A stretch of DNA of 64,000 bases from Octopus sinensis (Eukaryota): positions 54,808,001-54,872,000 of the forward strand of contig NC_042999.1 in NCBI RefSeq assembly GCF_006345805.1, read 5' to 3'. Below are positions 25,665 through 38,366 of the stretch, piece after piece. Numbering within the stretch: the first letter of the stretch is position 1; each line of letters opens with the position of its first letter. The notes beneath the pieces were generated by a model. That model ran no database searches. It was not told the origin of the DNA and worked only from the letters and a program-made list of their open reading frames with translations. Position numbers and translations under genes: made by a program.

Positions 25665-25960
25665 CAATCATCTCTCTCTCTCTCTCTCCTCTCTATCCTC
25701 TCTCTCCCTCTCTCTCCCTCTCTCTCTCCCTCTCCTCTCTCTCATCTCTCTTCCCTCTCTCTCCTCTCTCTCCTCTCCCTCTCTCCTCCTTCTCTCTCTC
25801 TCCCTCTCTCTCCCTCTCTCTCCCTCCTCTCTCTCTCCCTCTCTCTCTCCCTCTCCCTCCTCTCTCCCTCGCTCTCCCCCTCTCTCTCTCCCTCTCTCCC
25901 TCTCTTTCTTTCTTCTCTATCTATCTATCTATCTATCTATCTTTTTCTCGTTTTTTTCTC
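25665..25960. repeat. Polypyrimidine (CT/CCT) tract
   Basis: About 300 bp almost purely C/T. A similar tract lies at about 22200-22410. Confidence 0.9.
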
Positions 25961-28206
25961 CCCTACTCAACAATATCTCTTTTGAGAAATTTATAAACCT
26001 CATCAAAAATCCTCCAAGTGTTTCCGCCTCGCTTAGTTTTTGTCTCCTGGTACAACGGCACTATTCAAATATCTTTGAAGTTGTGGCTAATATCAGCTCC
26101 ACTTGTTAAATATTTCTATTCTTTATATCTAATTAAAATCTCTCCTCGACAGTTTTGTTTTTTTTAATCACAATTTAAAATATCAGATCTCTAAATTCTA
26201 CCATTTTGTTGTTAAAACAGCAAAACATTTGGTTCAAAAAGTTCAGTAACTTTCCTATTAGCCAGATGCTTAAACTAATATCCTGCTTGGGAAATTTTGT
26301 TTGAAACAACAACAAAAAATTAAAAAGAAAAGAGAAAAATCGAGTATTTATTTCCATTTGCTTTATTTAGAAGTTTCTTGTAACAGAGTTAACATTCTGT
26401 TGCCTAAGTGTAACTAGTCTCCGTTAACCACTTAATTTTCTACTTCCCTAAAGAATTAGTATTTGATACTCAATTGCCTTGAAATATTAGTCTGACTAAT
26501 GCCAACATATAAAACTGTTTTTTTAAAGCATTTGAAATTTCTAGTCTTAAACTTCTTACTTCCATTGTCATTTGACGATTTCGCTCTCGTCAAGGCCGTA
26601 ACTGCGTTTTAAGCTGTTAACGTAAGTCTAGACTTATTTGTCGGACTCCCCACCTCAAAGACACTTCTCATCTTTACGTCGATATGAAATTCCCAGAACT
26701 GCTTCTACTAATCACATAGCTGCAAACAGTTTTATAGTTTTACACCCCCCATTCACCTCCAAGATAAACTTTAGCGGATAATATTACAGCCGACTGGTAC
26801 AACAGTGTTTAGCTTCCAGTTGCTCGATGTGTCTACACTGTAACTTTAACTTATTGCCGAATAATGGCTGTGAACTTTAAGGGAATTTCTATCTCTCATC
26901 GGTATGAATTCCTTTTTCGGATCCCTTCATAATGAACGTTAGCCAGGACTTGAAATATGTTAATGACAAACCAGTATGTTGGAATCCAACCCTTCTTTCT
27001 AGTGTGACTGCAGCATATATGAGGAACCATTATTATCATTTAATGTCCTTGTTGCACGGTTTAACAGGATCCGATGCGTCCAAGGACTGCATCGTACTCC
27101 AGTCTGCTTTGGCATGGTTTCTATGGCTGGATGTCCTTCCTAATGCCAACCACTTTACAGAATGGATTGAATAGTTTTTTTTTTAATGTTACAAGCGATA
27201 GCGAGGTTTCCATGCAACTTGCAAGACTGCGAACCCTAAAGGGTCGAGGGAGCTTTACACTAAGAGGTGAACGATAAAAGTTTGTGAGTAGGGGCCAGAG
27301 CAGAACAGGTTTTTAGATGCAGAGGGGCTATATGATTACTCACATTTTAAAACAGGGAGTGAGGGTCCGCGGGATGGAGCAGGGAAGAGGTAAAAGTAGT
27401 AGTAATGAGGGGAGACCCTTAATGTACGAAGTGTGTGGAACAGACGGGGTGGAGTTTGCAAGAGTGTGGGGAAGTTAAAGACGAGGAAATGGTAAGGGAA
27501 GAGGAGATTGATAAACACTGTAATTATTGAGTAGGGATGAAGATAGAGAAGAGTCAGGGATGATTGATGGTGCGGAGCTGCAGAATAGGAATCGTGGTAG
27601 CTTTTTGATCTTTTAAGATCCTTCCCGAGTGACATAGACTCATAGAGCTGGTTTCTCGGTTTCTGTGGCGTATATATTCCCCCACTGGACGGGACGCCGG
27701 TCCGTCGCAGGGTGACTCATTTTTGTCAGCTGAGGGGACTGGAGCAACGTGAAATGAAGTGTTTTGCTCAAGGACACAACATGTCGTCCGGTCCAGGAAT
27801 CGAAACCACAATCTTATAATCATAAGTCCAACACCCTAACCACTAAACCACACACCTCCACAATGATGATACAGTAGACAAGAGAAGGGCGAGAGAGAGA
27901 GTGAGAGAGAGAGAGCTGATATGACATGTGGTTAAATAGATTGGAGGTGTGGAGGAAGACAGAGTGATGGGGATAGTGCATGAGGGGTGTAAGAAATGTG
28001 TGGTAGGTGGAGGGGAGATAATGTAGAGGCTCAGTTTGGTCAATGAGGGTGCGGGTAGAGAGAACAGTGTTAATGGATGGTTCTGGATAGGAAGAAACGT
28101 GGAACCAAGAGCCGAAGGGTGGTGGGGATGCATTGAGAAGATACGGCATTGGGCGAAAGGAGCAATTGCACATATTTAAATACACACACACACACACATG
28201 TATATA

Positions 28207-28453
28207 TATATTTTAAAGATGGGGAAGGCCAGGTTATGGGATTACCCGGAGTTTCCTGTCCATAAAGGGTTTAGCTTTATGGATTATTAGACCCCTAAAA
28301 TCTGTTGGCCTTAAAGCCCCTTGAAAATATTTTGAAGAGGCCTTTTATGCCAACAGGTTTTGGGGTCTGACGATACGCCATAATGCTAAACTCTTTATGG
28401 ACAGGAAACTTAGAGTAATCCCATAAACTAACCTTCCCCATCTTTAAAATATA
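28207..28453. repeat. Foldback/MITE, imperfect palindrome of about 247 bp
   Basis: The arms pair almost to the centre, e.g. TATATTTTAAAGATGGGGAAGG / CCTTCCCCATCTTTAAAATATA and GTTTCCTGTCCATAAAG / CTTTATGGACAGGAAAC. Confidence 0.8.
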
Positions 28454-28506
28454 AATTACTCTTTGAGTGTGCTTCTTCTCCGGATCTATGTTTACTACAA
28501 TCGATT

Positions 28507-28544
<38 letters not shown>

Positions 28545-29786
28545 AAGCTATCAGAATTTAGTTTTACCGAGATGAGCGGTTCTTCTTTCATACCGCCAGT
28601 TATCCCGGTCCTTTGCCATCTCCTAAGACAGTAGAGTGAAATAATTCAATTCAGAATCGTACCTGTGTGGGAGCCCCAGTGTGCAACTAACGTACCTCCA
28701 TTGTAGGGTACTCATAAGAGGTACCCCAGTCTCCACCTAATAAGATTAAAACGTTCCCTATTTGAGCTCATCATTAATAACATTTTAGTAATAGACATCG
28801 TTTGGTTATAAATATATTTTGCATTAGAGTTTTGGAATCGCTTTTTTTTTTTCAGTATTGATCTACTTTCTTCATTAATAATTCTAAATCAGTGACTGTG
28901 GTTGTTGTGAAAAACGTTAAATATTATTATTTGCAAGGGTCTCCTTCATCGAAAACCGGTGTTTACCATGCGTTGACGAGAGGCAATTACCTCGAAACTA
29001 TAGTCCGTATGTATCACTTAGGTTTTCGAGGGAGGATGACCTCCCTTTGCAAATAACACAAGGGTACTGAAATTGTATCTAAGGCCAGCTGGTGACGTTG
29101 ATCTCCTGGGGCTAAAAGCATCAGTAACACCCCATCCCCAGTGGCTAGCCACATTCAGATGGCTAGTACACTTTACGTTGTCTACTTTCTTCATCCTTAC
29201 GAAATGGTATATGTTCTGCAGGTGGTATTTCAACTGGCGTATGCAGTGTATATATAATTAAAACAATTTTAGGAAGTTATAATAAAACCAATTTTGCATA
29301 AAACTAGAGGATTACCCAATAATTTTAATAGAGAACATATTTATTATATCAATACTTTAACAAAAGACGAGTGACAGTGACAAGAGCTGTCCGTTGAAGG
29401 CTAAGCTGGCCAAAACTATATATATATATAAACTGTCACATTTCTATTACCCTTTCTGCTATATATAACTGTTATATTTACTGTATTGTAAGGGCAGCGG
29501 AAGTAAATCTAAATTTAAAGATGGAGACAGGAAAAAGATGACGAGATGACTAAACTGTATGAAAACTACGAAGTGTTACCTATGACTCTATTCAAAATAC
29601 ACTGTGAAATCACTATTTCTATTAAAATATTTGGAAACTGGAATGTTTGAGATTTTACTATCATTTGTTGTATGTATATTTTGATTTTGGTTACATACAC
29701 AGATCCGTTTGCATTAACATCATTATATAAAAGATAAAAAGATATCGTAGTATATTTAGTTTTGGTTACATATATAGGTTTGGTTG

Positions 29787-29819
<33 letters not shown>

Positions 29820-30005
29820 TCTTTATTTGCGGTAGAAGCTTTGGCTGTTATTTCTAGTGGGTGAATGGCCTATTATGGCCGTTCCTTAATTGTTAATGTT
29901 GAACTTAAAAATGGTCTATGACTATTTAATTTTTTCCCACTGGGCCGCTGGTGGCAATAAAATTCTACAAAATTTTCCTTGCCACCCTATATTGATTAAT
30001 TATGA

Positions 30006-30043
<38 letters not shown>

Positions 30044-30918
30044 AAGGCATTAAGTCAGCTTCTCTAATAAGATGGCAATAATCTCTTCCATACTTTATTG
30101 TCTCTGACAATGTGTTAATCCTAAATATTTTCTCAATCTCACCTCGGTCAACTGATTATCTCCCACTTCATACAAATCTAAAGATTCTACACTGTAATAA
30201 TCCTATAATCCCAGTCATAAACGCCGAGTATCGATAGTTGAAAGCTCAACAAGAAATTTCTGGGATCAGTGACGGCTACTGAATACACAAATATATGTCC
30301 ACGACTGTCCTCTTTACGCAATAAGCTTGTCCGTTTCCTTAATGAAGACTTCCAGACTCTTGAAATTATCTCCGCGTCTCATATGGAGCTAGACACATCT
30401 ACATGAGCAGCAATCGCCTACCGTTTTTGTAAGCTGGTTTCATGCGAGACTTTTTTTTTCTATGGTCCGAGGCGGGAATTTTTTTTTTCGCACGAAAGTT
30501 CCGGATCCCGGTAATGAACTCATTTGCACACAGCCAATCAGAGTCCACCTTGACCTTGATGTCAAGTTAACCAACACACTCTACCAAGCAAACTCAAGAC
30601 GAAGAACGGTGTTGTAAGTCGACCGATCGCCAAGTTATGCCTGATTTTAGAAGGAGACAAGTTATTAGATAGATTTGCATCTATACCTATTATCGGATTT
30701 TGTTAGGGCTCCATATGGTAAAGGTGTAAATGAGAAATATGTGGGTAAAGGGTGATGTGCTAGCAACCCTTACTGTTTTACAAAGTAAACAACAGCACAA
30801 AAATTTACGCAAAGGCAGCCATGGTTGAAACAAGAACAAGAAGAACAAGCATTCTTAAAAAAGTAAAGAAGCATGGTCATTCCTTACCCAAGTGAACTTA
30901 TCTAGTCGCCCATCGCTT

Positions 30919-31148
30919 GTTATGCGCTCATAAATTAGTTTGATAGTTGAGCCCTGGTTGGCTGTATGCAAATGAGTTCATAACTTGGGTCCGGAACTCT
31001 CGTGGGAAAAGAATTTGCGTTCGGGGTGTCACGTTATGCGCTCATAAATTAGTTTGATTGTTGAGCCCTGGTTGGCTGTATGCAAATGAGTTCATAACTT
31101 GGGTCCGGAACTCTCGTGGGAAAAAAATTTGCGTTCGGGGTGTCACGT
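30919..31148. repeat. 114-bp tandem duplication containing ATGCAAAT
   Basis: Copies start at 30919 and 31033. A diverged inverted copy lies at about 30478-30548. Confidence 0.85.
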
Positions 31149-31178
31149 GCATAACAAAAGCACAAAGTGCATATAATA

Positions 31179-31515
31179 CAGTGGTTCTCAACCATTTTCG
31201 CAGATGGGTCCCTTTTGATTCCTGTTAGACTCTGCTGGGCCTCCATAGCCATTCAATGGAAAGAATTTGCGAAAATATTGCGCGTATTGTAGCATTAAAA
31301 CCAACTTATTACTCTTTTACTTGTTTCAGTTATTTGACTACGGTCATGCTGGAGCACCGCCTTTAGTCGAACAAATCGACCCCAGGACTTATTCTTCGTA
31401 AGCCTAGTACTTATTCTATTGGTCTCTTTGACCGAACCGCAAAGTTACGGAGACATAAATACAAACATCAGTTGTCAAGTGATAGTGGGGGAAACAAACA
31501 CAGACAAACAAATAC

Positions 31516-31552
<37 letters not shown>

Positions 31553-31709
31553 CGACGGGCTTCTTTCAGTTTCCGCTATAATAGAAGTCACTTGCCCAAG
31601 GTGCCACGCATTGGGACTGGACCCGGAACCATGTGGTTGGGAAGTAAGCTTCTTACCACACAGCCATACCTCATCTAAATCTTATATGGACCCCTTTTGA
31701 GAACCATTG
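31179..31709. mobile_element. hAT-type MITE interrupted by a SINE
   Basis: TIRs CAGTGGTTCTCAA / TTGAGAACCATTG and an 8-bp TSD ATATAATA / GTATAATA (7 of 8 match). A SINE is inserted at about 31310-31672. Confidence 0.7.
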
Positions 31710-31935
31710 GTATAATATGTAATTTAATTATTACATATTCAATCAAAAAGCATTCTGTAGATTGTGAGAGTGAATAAAACAGGAAGAACATTTTAAGGTT
31801 TATTCTTTCTGTGCGACCCGGCACCAAATGTTACTCGACCGGTGGTTGGGGACCCCTGCTCCAGAGGAGGGCACAATTCTAATAAATCAAAAATGTATGT
31901 TGTGCGGTATTTGATATAATCTATATTTATATATG

Positions 31936-32317
31936 ACTAGCACTATGACCCGGCAACGCCGGGTCATAGTGCTAGTGCATGCATATACAGCTGCGTGTGT
32001 GCGCACATACACGCGAGTACTGTCCAAATCTCCGACCAATCACATACAGCTAGCTGGCATTCAATTGGCGTATCAAGTTTCGGGCATTTTGATTGGGTTT
32101 TGGATAGAAAATTCACAAAAAGTCACTTCTATTGATTTTTTAATGGCTTTGCGGAGTGACTGGGGAAATGTAAAGACGTGCACGACTACCCTTGGACGGT
32201 TTTGAATGACCATAGAAAGTGCGAGCCCTCTAACTGAAAAATTGTGGATTTGTATAAAGGACACGCACACACACATACACACACACAAAGACATTTTGCC
32301 GTTTATATATAGAGAGA
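31936..32317 (+). mobile_element. Helentron/Helitron-like non-autonomous element with a 19-bp perfect palindrome
   Basis: ACTAGCACTATGACCCGGC-AAC-GCCGGGTCATAGTGCTAGT start, a (CA)n near the end, and terminus TTTATATATAGAGAGAT. Confidence 0.5.
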
Positions 32318-32520
32318 TGTTCCAATACATGCCACAGGTCACTCTGAGACCATTTTTCTATAAAATAAGCATATTCCTGAAATCGCTGACTTTCCTATAA
32401 GACCAGAATTGAATTATGTTGACCAACCAAATTGAGATTTACAAAATTAGAAAAAAATAAAGTTGAATTTCTTTTTTCCAATGAAAACCTCCTTACTAAC
32501 CTTTTTTGTTTAATTTTCAG

Positions 32521-32625
32521 GTCAATGCAGCCGTGGAGTCTGTTTCAATGGAGGGGCCTGTAATGGTGGATATATGCCGGCCTGTTCTTGTCCCCCAGGT
32601 TTCCATGGTCCCCGTTGCCAATATG
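32521..32625 (+). CDS. MEGF6: MEGF6-like gene exon: EGF-like domain 1
   Basis: TACTAAC branch point at 32494-32500, acceptor ttttcag|, donor G|gtaaga, 105 bp, phase 1/1. Translates (R)QCSRGVCFNGGACNGGYMPACSCPPGFHGPRCQY. Missed by the ORF track. Confidence 0.92.
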
Positions 32626-32777
32626 GTAAGATCATAAGCTATTTCCTTTTCATTAAAAGTTATCTTTGATTTCCACACTTACTCCCCGAGAGAGTTCTAA
32701 TTTATTTACCGACAGTAAAACTCCGAGTTGTTTTGTTTTTTTAATTCCTTTACACTTTTTCCCTATGAGCCAAGTTT

Positions 32778-32825
<48 letters not shown>

Positions 32826-33475
32826 AACATTTGTGTTTGTGTGTGTATACACATAGATATGTACATACATCTGATGGTACGTTTGTGTGTGTACGCTATT
32901 AATTTTATTTCTAGCCCTTTTTTGTCAATGGCGAAAGAGCCGGTTTCAAACCTAATCTAGGGCTACTTCTTTGGAATTTCAACAGATACACACACATAGT
33001 TGTGCATCTATGTGTGTATATGTGCAAGCAACTGGAACCAGTGCATGTTTTGTTTTATTTGTGTGTACTCATATATACTATTGAATGTTGAAATATGCGC
33101 AGATGTACTTAAATGCTAAGCTTTTAGAAAGTTTTACATATTTTGATAGTTCTATTATTAGCTTGTATCTGAAGTCATCTAATTAGCTTTCTCCTTTCTG
33201 GTTTTGAAAACCTAATTTCTCAAGATTCTTGTTGGAGCAGTTAGTTACATATCCAAGCGCGGCAACTGTATGGAATCCCACTGTTTATATACATAAACAC
33301 ACACATATGTCGGTCAAATGTTCTTAAGTCCGAGAAGAGTAGACTAAAAATGTTTTGACCAGTAATATTTGATGTAGACGTTGATTTTGACCAGTCAGAA
33401 AGTTACCATTAGTTTCACGCATATAATGGTCTTACCAATATCAGCGGCTCATCGGACCTGCGGGCCGGGGACATA

Positions 33476-33724
33476 TTAACTCTTACTAATGGCAGTAGGA
33501 ATACAGTCTTGATCGGCCAGGTTTGTGAAAAAAAAAACCTTGAAACTAAATTCTTTGAAGCGAAATCTCCTTTTGAGCAGGATGGCGTTATTTCCCTTGA
33601 CCGATTCCATCTCTCTCAGAAAGGGTTTCGCTTCGAAAGATTTAATTTGTTTTTTTTTTGGGGGGGGGGTTACAACCTCGGCTGACCAAGACTGTATTCG
33701 TACCTCCATTAGTAAAGAGGTTAT
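33476..33724. repeat. Foldback/MITE, imperfect palindrome of about 250 bp
   Basis: TTACTAATGGCAGTAGGAATACAGTCTTG is inverted relative to CAAGACTGTATTCGTACCTCCATTAGTAA. The inner arms also pair. Confidence 0.65.
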
Positions 33725-33864
33725 GAGCTTCCAGCCAGCATACATCAAGCAATTTAGGTAACCACAAACCCTAAGAGCTGTCTTGACTTAAAAGAGCCTT
33801 GTCACTTTATTACTGACTAGTGCTTGAATGCTGCAACGAAAAAAATCTTAAATCATAAAGTATA

Positions 33865-34205
33865 ATACATACATACAAACATAGAATCATACATACACAC
33901 ATACACACATAGAATCATACATACATACATATATACATACATGTACATACATACATACATATATACATACATGTACATACATACATACATGTACATACAT
34001 ACATGTACATACATGTACATACATACATACATGTACATACATACATACATACATACATACAACATAGAATCATACATACACACATAGAATCACACATACA
34101 TACATATATACATACATACATGTACATACATACATACATGTACATACGTACATACATACATGTACATACGTACGTACATGCATGCATGCGTACATACATA
34201 CATAC
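33865..34205. repeat. (TACA)n tetranucleotide array with CATAGAATCA variant units
   Basis: Seen directly in the sequence. Confidence 0.9.
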
Positions 34206-35574
34206 AAACAAAAATACCCTGTTGTTGATGTTGAAATTCCAATGCAGGAACCTTGGATCTAGGTTAGAAACTGGTTCTTTCTCCATTGGCAAGAAATCCT
34301 TGAAATAAACTGAATAATGACATACATTATATTATCCAAATTATAAATTCACATTTATACCAAAAATAACTGGTGCACTTAGTTTTGATAGTAAATACCT
34401 AAATGACAATCTGGATAAGCTAGGGTTTTCAGAAGAAAAAAAATCAACCAACACATATATTACAAACACTCTGTAAGTGGAACAGTAATAATATACAAGA
34501 CTTTTCTCAAGTTGTGACATTGTTTTCGTTATCTACATTTCAACGAGAGAGCTTTGTATCTTTGTTAGAAACCAGCGCCTTTCTAACGGGAAGAATTTAA
34601 AAATTGAAAACAGAGATAAAGGAACATATATGGATACGAACAAGTATTCAGACATCCGTTCGTTGTTTCAAGCGTTGACAAATCTATCGTCAGGACCATC
34701 AGAAGGGGAAGACATACCAGTTCTACTACAAGCTTAGTGCCTCATGTTTTCAAGATCGAATCCCGCTGAAATCAGCTTTCCTATTTTCCCTTCTATGTGT
34801 GTGTACGCGCGCTCGCAAATATGTACTTATATATGTACTTAATATCAAAGTTTAGGTCGACGGCTAATGTTCCTTCCTAATCCCCAAATGCTAATTATAG
34901 TTCCTCCTCCTTCTCCTCTATCCCTCCCGTCACCCCACATTTCTACTTCCTATTACCATCTCCCCCATGCACACGCCTAACACCAACATTATCCTCCATT
35001 CTTTCATCTCTCCACCTTCCACCTCTCCCCATCCTTCTCTCTCCTTGTCCCTCCTCCCTCCTCTCTCTCTCTCTCTCACTCACTCACTCTTTCTCATCCC
35101 CCTCTCTCCCTTTCTCTCCATGGGGAGTTGTGTGAGGAATTCATTACATCAGCCTTCTTTACTGCAAAACATCTTGAACGAATTCTCAGAAATGGGATAA
35201 TCAGCTTTGCCGAAGATAACCCCGGACACGCGACAGGTCGGGAGTCGGGAGGGAAGGGCTGCTTGTGGTGTCGGGGTGGTGGTAGTGGTAGGGTTCGGGT
35301 TAGTAATGGTGGAAAGTGGTTGTCCCTGGGGTGGGGTGGAAGAAAAAGACACAAAGATCCTTTGATTGAAACAGAAATAATTTCAGATACACGACACCAC
35401 CAATAATAATAATAATTCTTTCTACTAAAGGCACAAGGCTTAAAATTCTGCGGGAAGAGAACTAGTCGATTGATCAACCCCAGTATTTCACTGGTATTTA
35501 ATTTATCGACCCTGAAAGGATGAAGGGCGACCTCAGCAGAATTTGAACTAAGCACGTAGCAGCAGACGAAACAC

Positions 35575-35808
35575 CTATTTCTTTTCTACCCTCAAGGGGC
35601 TAAACACAGAGGAGACAAACAAGGACAGACAAACGGATTAAGTCGATTACATCGACCCCAGTGCGTAACTGGTACTTATTTAATCGGCCCCGAAAGGATG
35701 AAAGGCAAAGTCGACCTCGGTGGAATTTGAACTCAGAACGTAACGGCAGACGAAATACCAGTAAGCATTTCGCCCGGCGTGCTAACAATTCTGCCAGCTC
35801 GCCGCCTT
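35575..35808 (-). mobile_element. SINE family B
   Basis: Near-intact reverse complement copy. Other - copies lie at about 1-41, 35407-35556, 36365-36500, 47495-47679, 48490-48785, 51003-51218 and 60745-60949. Confidence 0.8.
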
Positions 35809-35835
35809 TCATGAATAATAATAACAATAATCATA

Positions 35836-35879
<44 letters not shown>

Positions 35880-37089
35880 TCTGCTTGTTCCTCCGTTACT
35901 TAGCCCGTCTGTAACGCTTCCACGTGATTAGTTGAAGGGGAGGGGAGGAGAGAAATGGGTCGGGAGAGGTGGTGGTGAGTGAAATGTGTAATGTTTTTTA
36001 TCTAAGTTTTTTTTCTCTCCGTTACTTAGCCCGTATGTAACGCTTTCACGCGATTGGTTGAAGGGAAAGGCGAAGAGCGAAAAAAAGAGGATAAAGCAAA
36101 GAGTGAGAGAGGAAGAGGGAAAATGCTGTGTATTAAGTCTGTAAAATTGTGCATAAAGTATATAAAGTGTATATATAAAGTGCATTAAGTAATCATCGTA
36201 TTCCAATTTCCTTCACTTTTCAATGAATAGCAGACGGGCGACCATCTTTTGATACAGACACAGCACAGGCCATGCTTTCGGGTTTCTTGGATAAAGTTTT
36301 CGGGAATAGCCCAATAAGTTTATCGTTAATTCCGTGAAATATTCACGGGTCTTGCTGGGGTAACAATAACAATCCTTTCTACTGTAGACACACGGCCTGA
36401 AACTTGAGGGAGGGGTAGTCGATTACATCGACCTCAGTACTTAATTTATGAACCCCGAAAGGATGAAAGGCAAAGTTGAGCTTGGCGGGATTTGATCCCA
36501 AAGAGCCTGGTGACGCTAAGCGGCAAGGAACTCTTCAGTCGTTGCTTGATATTACAAAACTTCAAAATGGCGAGATGGCAGAATCGTTAGCATGCTGAGC
36601 AAAATACCTAGCGGCTCTTCGTCAGCCTTTACGTTTTAAGTTCAAATTCCGCCAAGGTCGACTTCGCCTTTTATTCCTTCAGGGTTAATAAAATAAGTAC
36701 CAGTTGTGTACTGGAGTCGATATGATTGATTTACACCCTTCCTCGACATTTCTAGCCTTGTGCCAAAATGCGAAGCTGATATTATAACACTCAATAAGGA
36801 TTGGGGTAGATTTTATCAAGGGTCCTCTTTCTGTTCCTCAGAAATTCCCATATAAGCAACAATACAAACGATTCCTTTTCTGCAGGGGAAATAGTTGAGA
36901 TGTTGTGAAGTGTATGCCTTTTCCGGAGTCATTGATTCTTCGTATGCTGTCTAAAAGACCATTCATTGTATCAGTGTTGGGGAAGTAAGCAGTGAAGGGT
37001 ATAAGGAGCCCCGTTAATATAGGGATGTAAAACAATGGACTGGAACCCCGATGTGTGAAGTATCAAGGTGTGTGTGTGTGTGTGTACAT

Positions 37090-37285
37090 ATAGGTGCCGG
37101 CGTTGTTGTGTGGTTAGAATTTTGCTTCCCAACCACATGGTTCCGGGTTCAGTCCCACTGGCACCTTGGGCAAATGTCTTCTACTATAGCCTCGGGCCGA
37201 CCAAAGCCTTGTGAGTGGATTTGGTAGACAGAAACTGAAAGAAGCTCGTCGTATGTGTGTATGTATGTGTGTATATATATATATA

Positions 37286-37384
<99 letters not shown>

Positions 37385-37472
37385 GTGTGCATATATATAT
37401 ATATATATATATGTGTGTGTATATATATATATATATATATAATATATATATATATGTGTGTGTATATATATA

Positions 37473-37519
<47 letters not shown>

Positions 37520-37540
37520 ATATATATATGTGTGTATATA

Positions 37541-37582
<42 letters not shown>

Positions 37583-37603
37583 GTGTGTATATATATATAT
37601 ATA

Positions 37604-37676
<73 letters not shown>

Positions 37677-37850
37677 AGTTTGTGTGTCTGTGTTTGTCAC
37701 CCCCAACATCGCTTGACTGATGTTGGTGTGTTTACGTCCCGTAACGTAGCGGTGCGGTAAAAGATGCCAATAGAATAAGTACTAGCTTGCACAGAATAAG
37801 TCCTGGGGTCGATTTGTTCGATTAAAAAGACTGAAGTAAGTAAAAGAATA
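37090..37850 (+). mobile_element. SINE family C with an internal microsatellite expanded to about 430 bp
   Basis: Head at 37090, (TA)n/(TG)n block at about 37252-37680, then the 3' body resumes. Confidence 0.8.
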
Positions 37851-37879
37851 AAAAAGAAAATATATGTGTGTGTGTTATT

Positions 37880-38222
37880 TGTTTCAATCAATAGACTGCG
37901 GCCATGCTGGGGCACCTACTTGAAAAAGGTTTAGTGGAATGAATCGATCCCAGTGCTTGCTTTTTAAGCCTGGTACTAATACAATTAGTCCTGCTGACCC
38001 GCTAAGTTACGGGGATGTAAACAAACCAAGATCGGTTGTCAGGCGGTGGAGTGCAGACACACACACACACGTATACATATATATGGCGGGCTTCTTTCAG
38101 TTTCCGTCTACCAAATCCACACCCAAAGGTTTGGTCTACCCGTGGCTGCAATTGCCCAGGGTGCCACAGAGTGGGGTTGAACCCGGAAAACATGTGGCTG
38201 GGAAGCAAACGACGAACTACAC
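37880..38222 (-). mobile_element. SINE family C
   Basis: Reverse complement copy, tail-to-tail with the copy at 37090-37850. Confidence 0.7.
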
Positions 38223-38366
38223 GGTGTATGTATGTATAACTACTTATGTATTCTGTGTGTGTGTGTGTGTGTCTGTGTGTACGAACACAGGTTACGTTAG
38301 ATTTGGGTATTGTTCGTGATGTTGGTATTGCATTCCAAGCCACAGTTATATACATAGATGCAAGTG

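Noticed and set aside
37114-37760. Long ORFs rich in YI/HT/CV (also around 1966-2350, 11932-12449, 18316-18934, 33853-34308 and 54383-54822)
   Set aside because: They are translations of (TA)n/(CA)n/(TACA)n microsatellites, which lack stops by construction.
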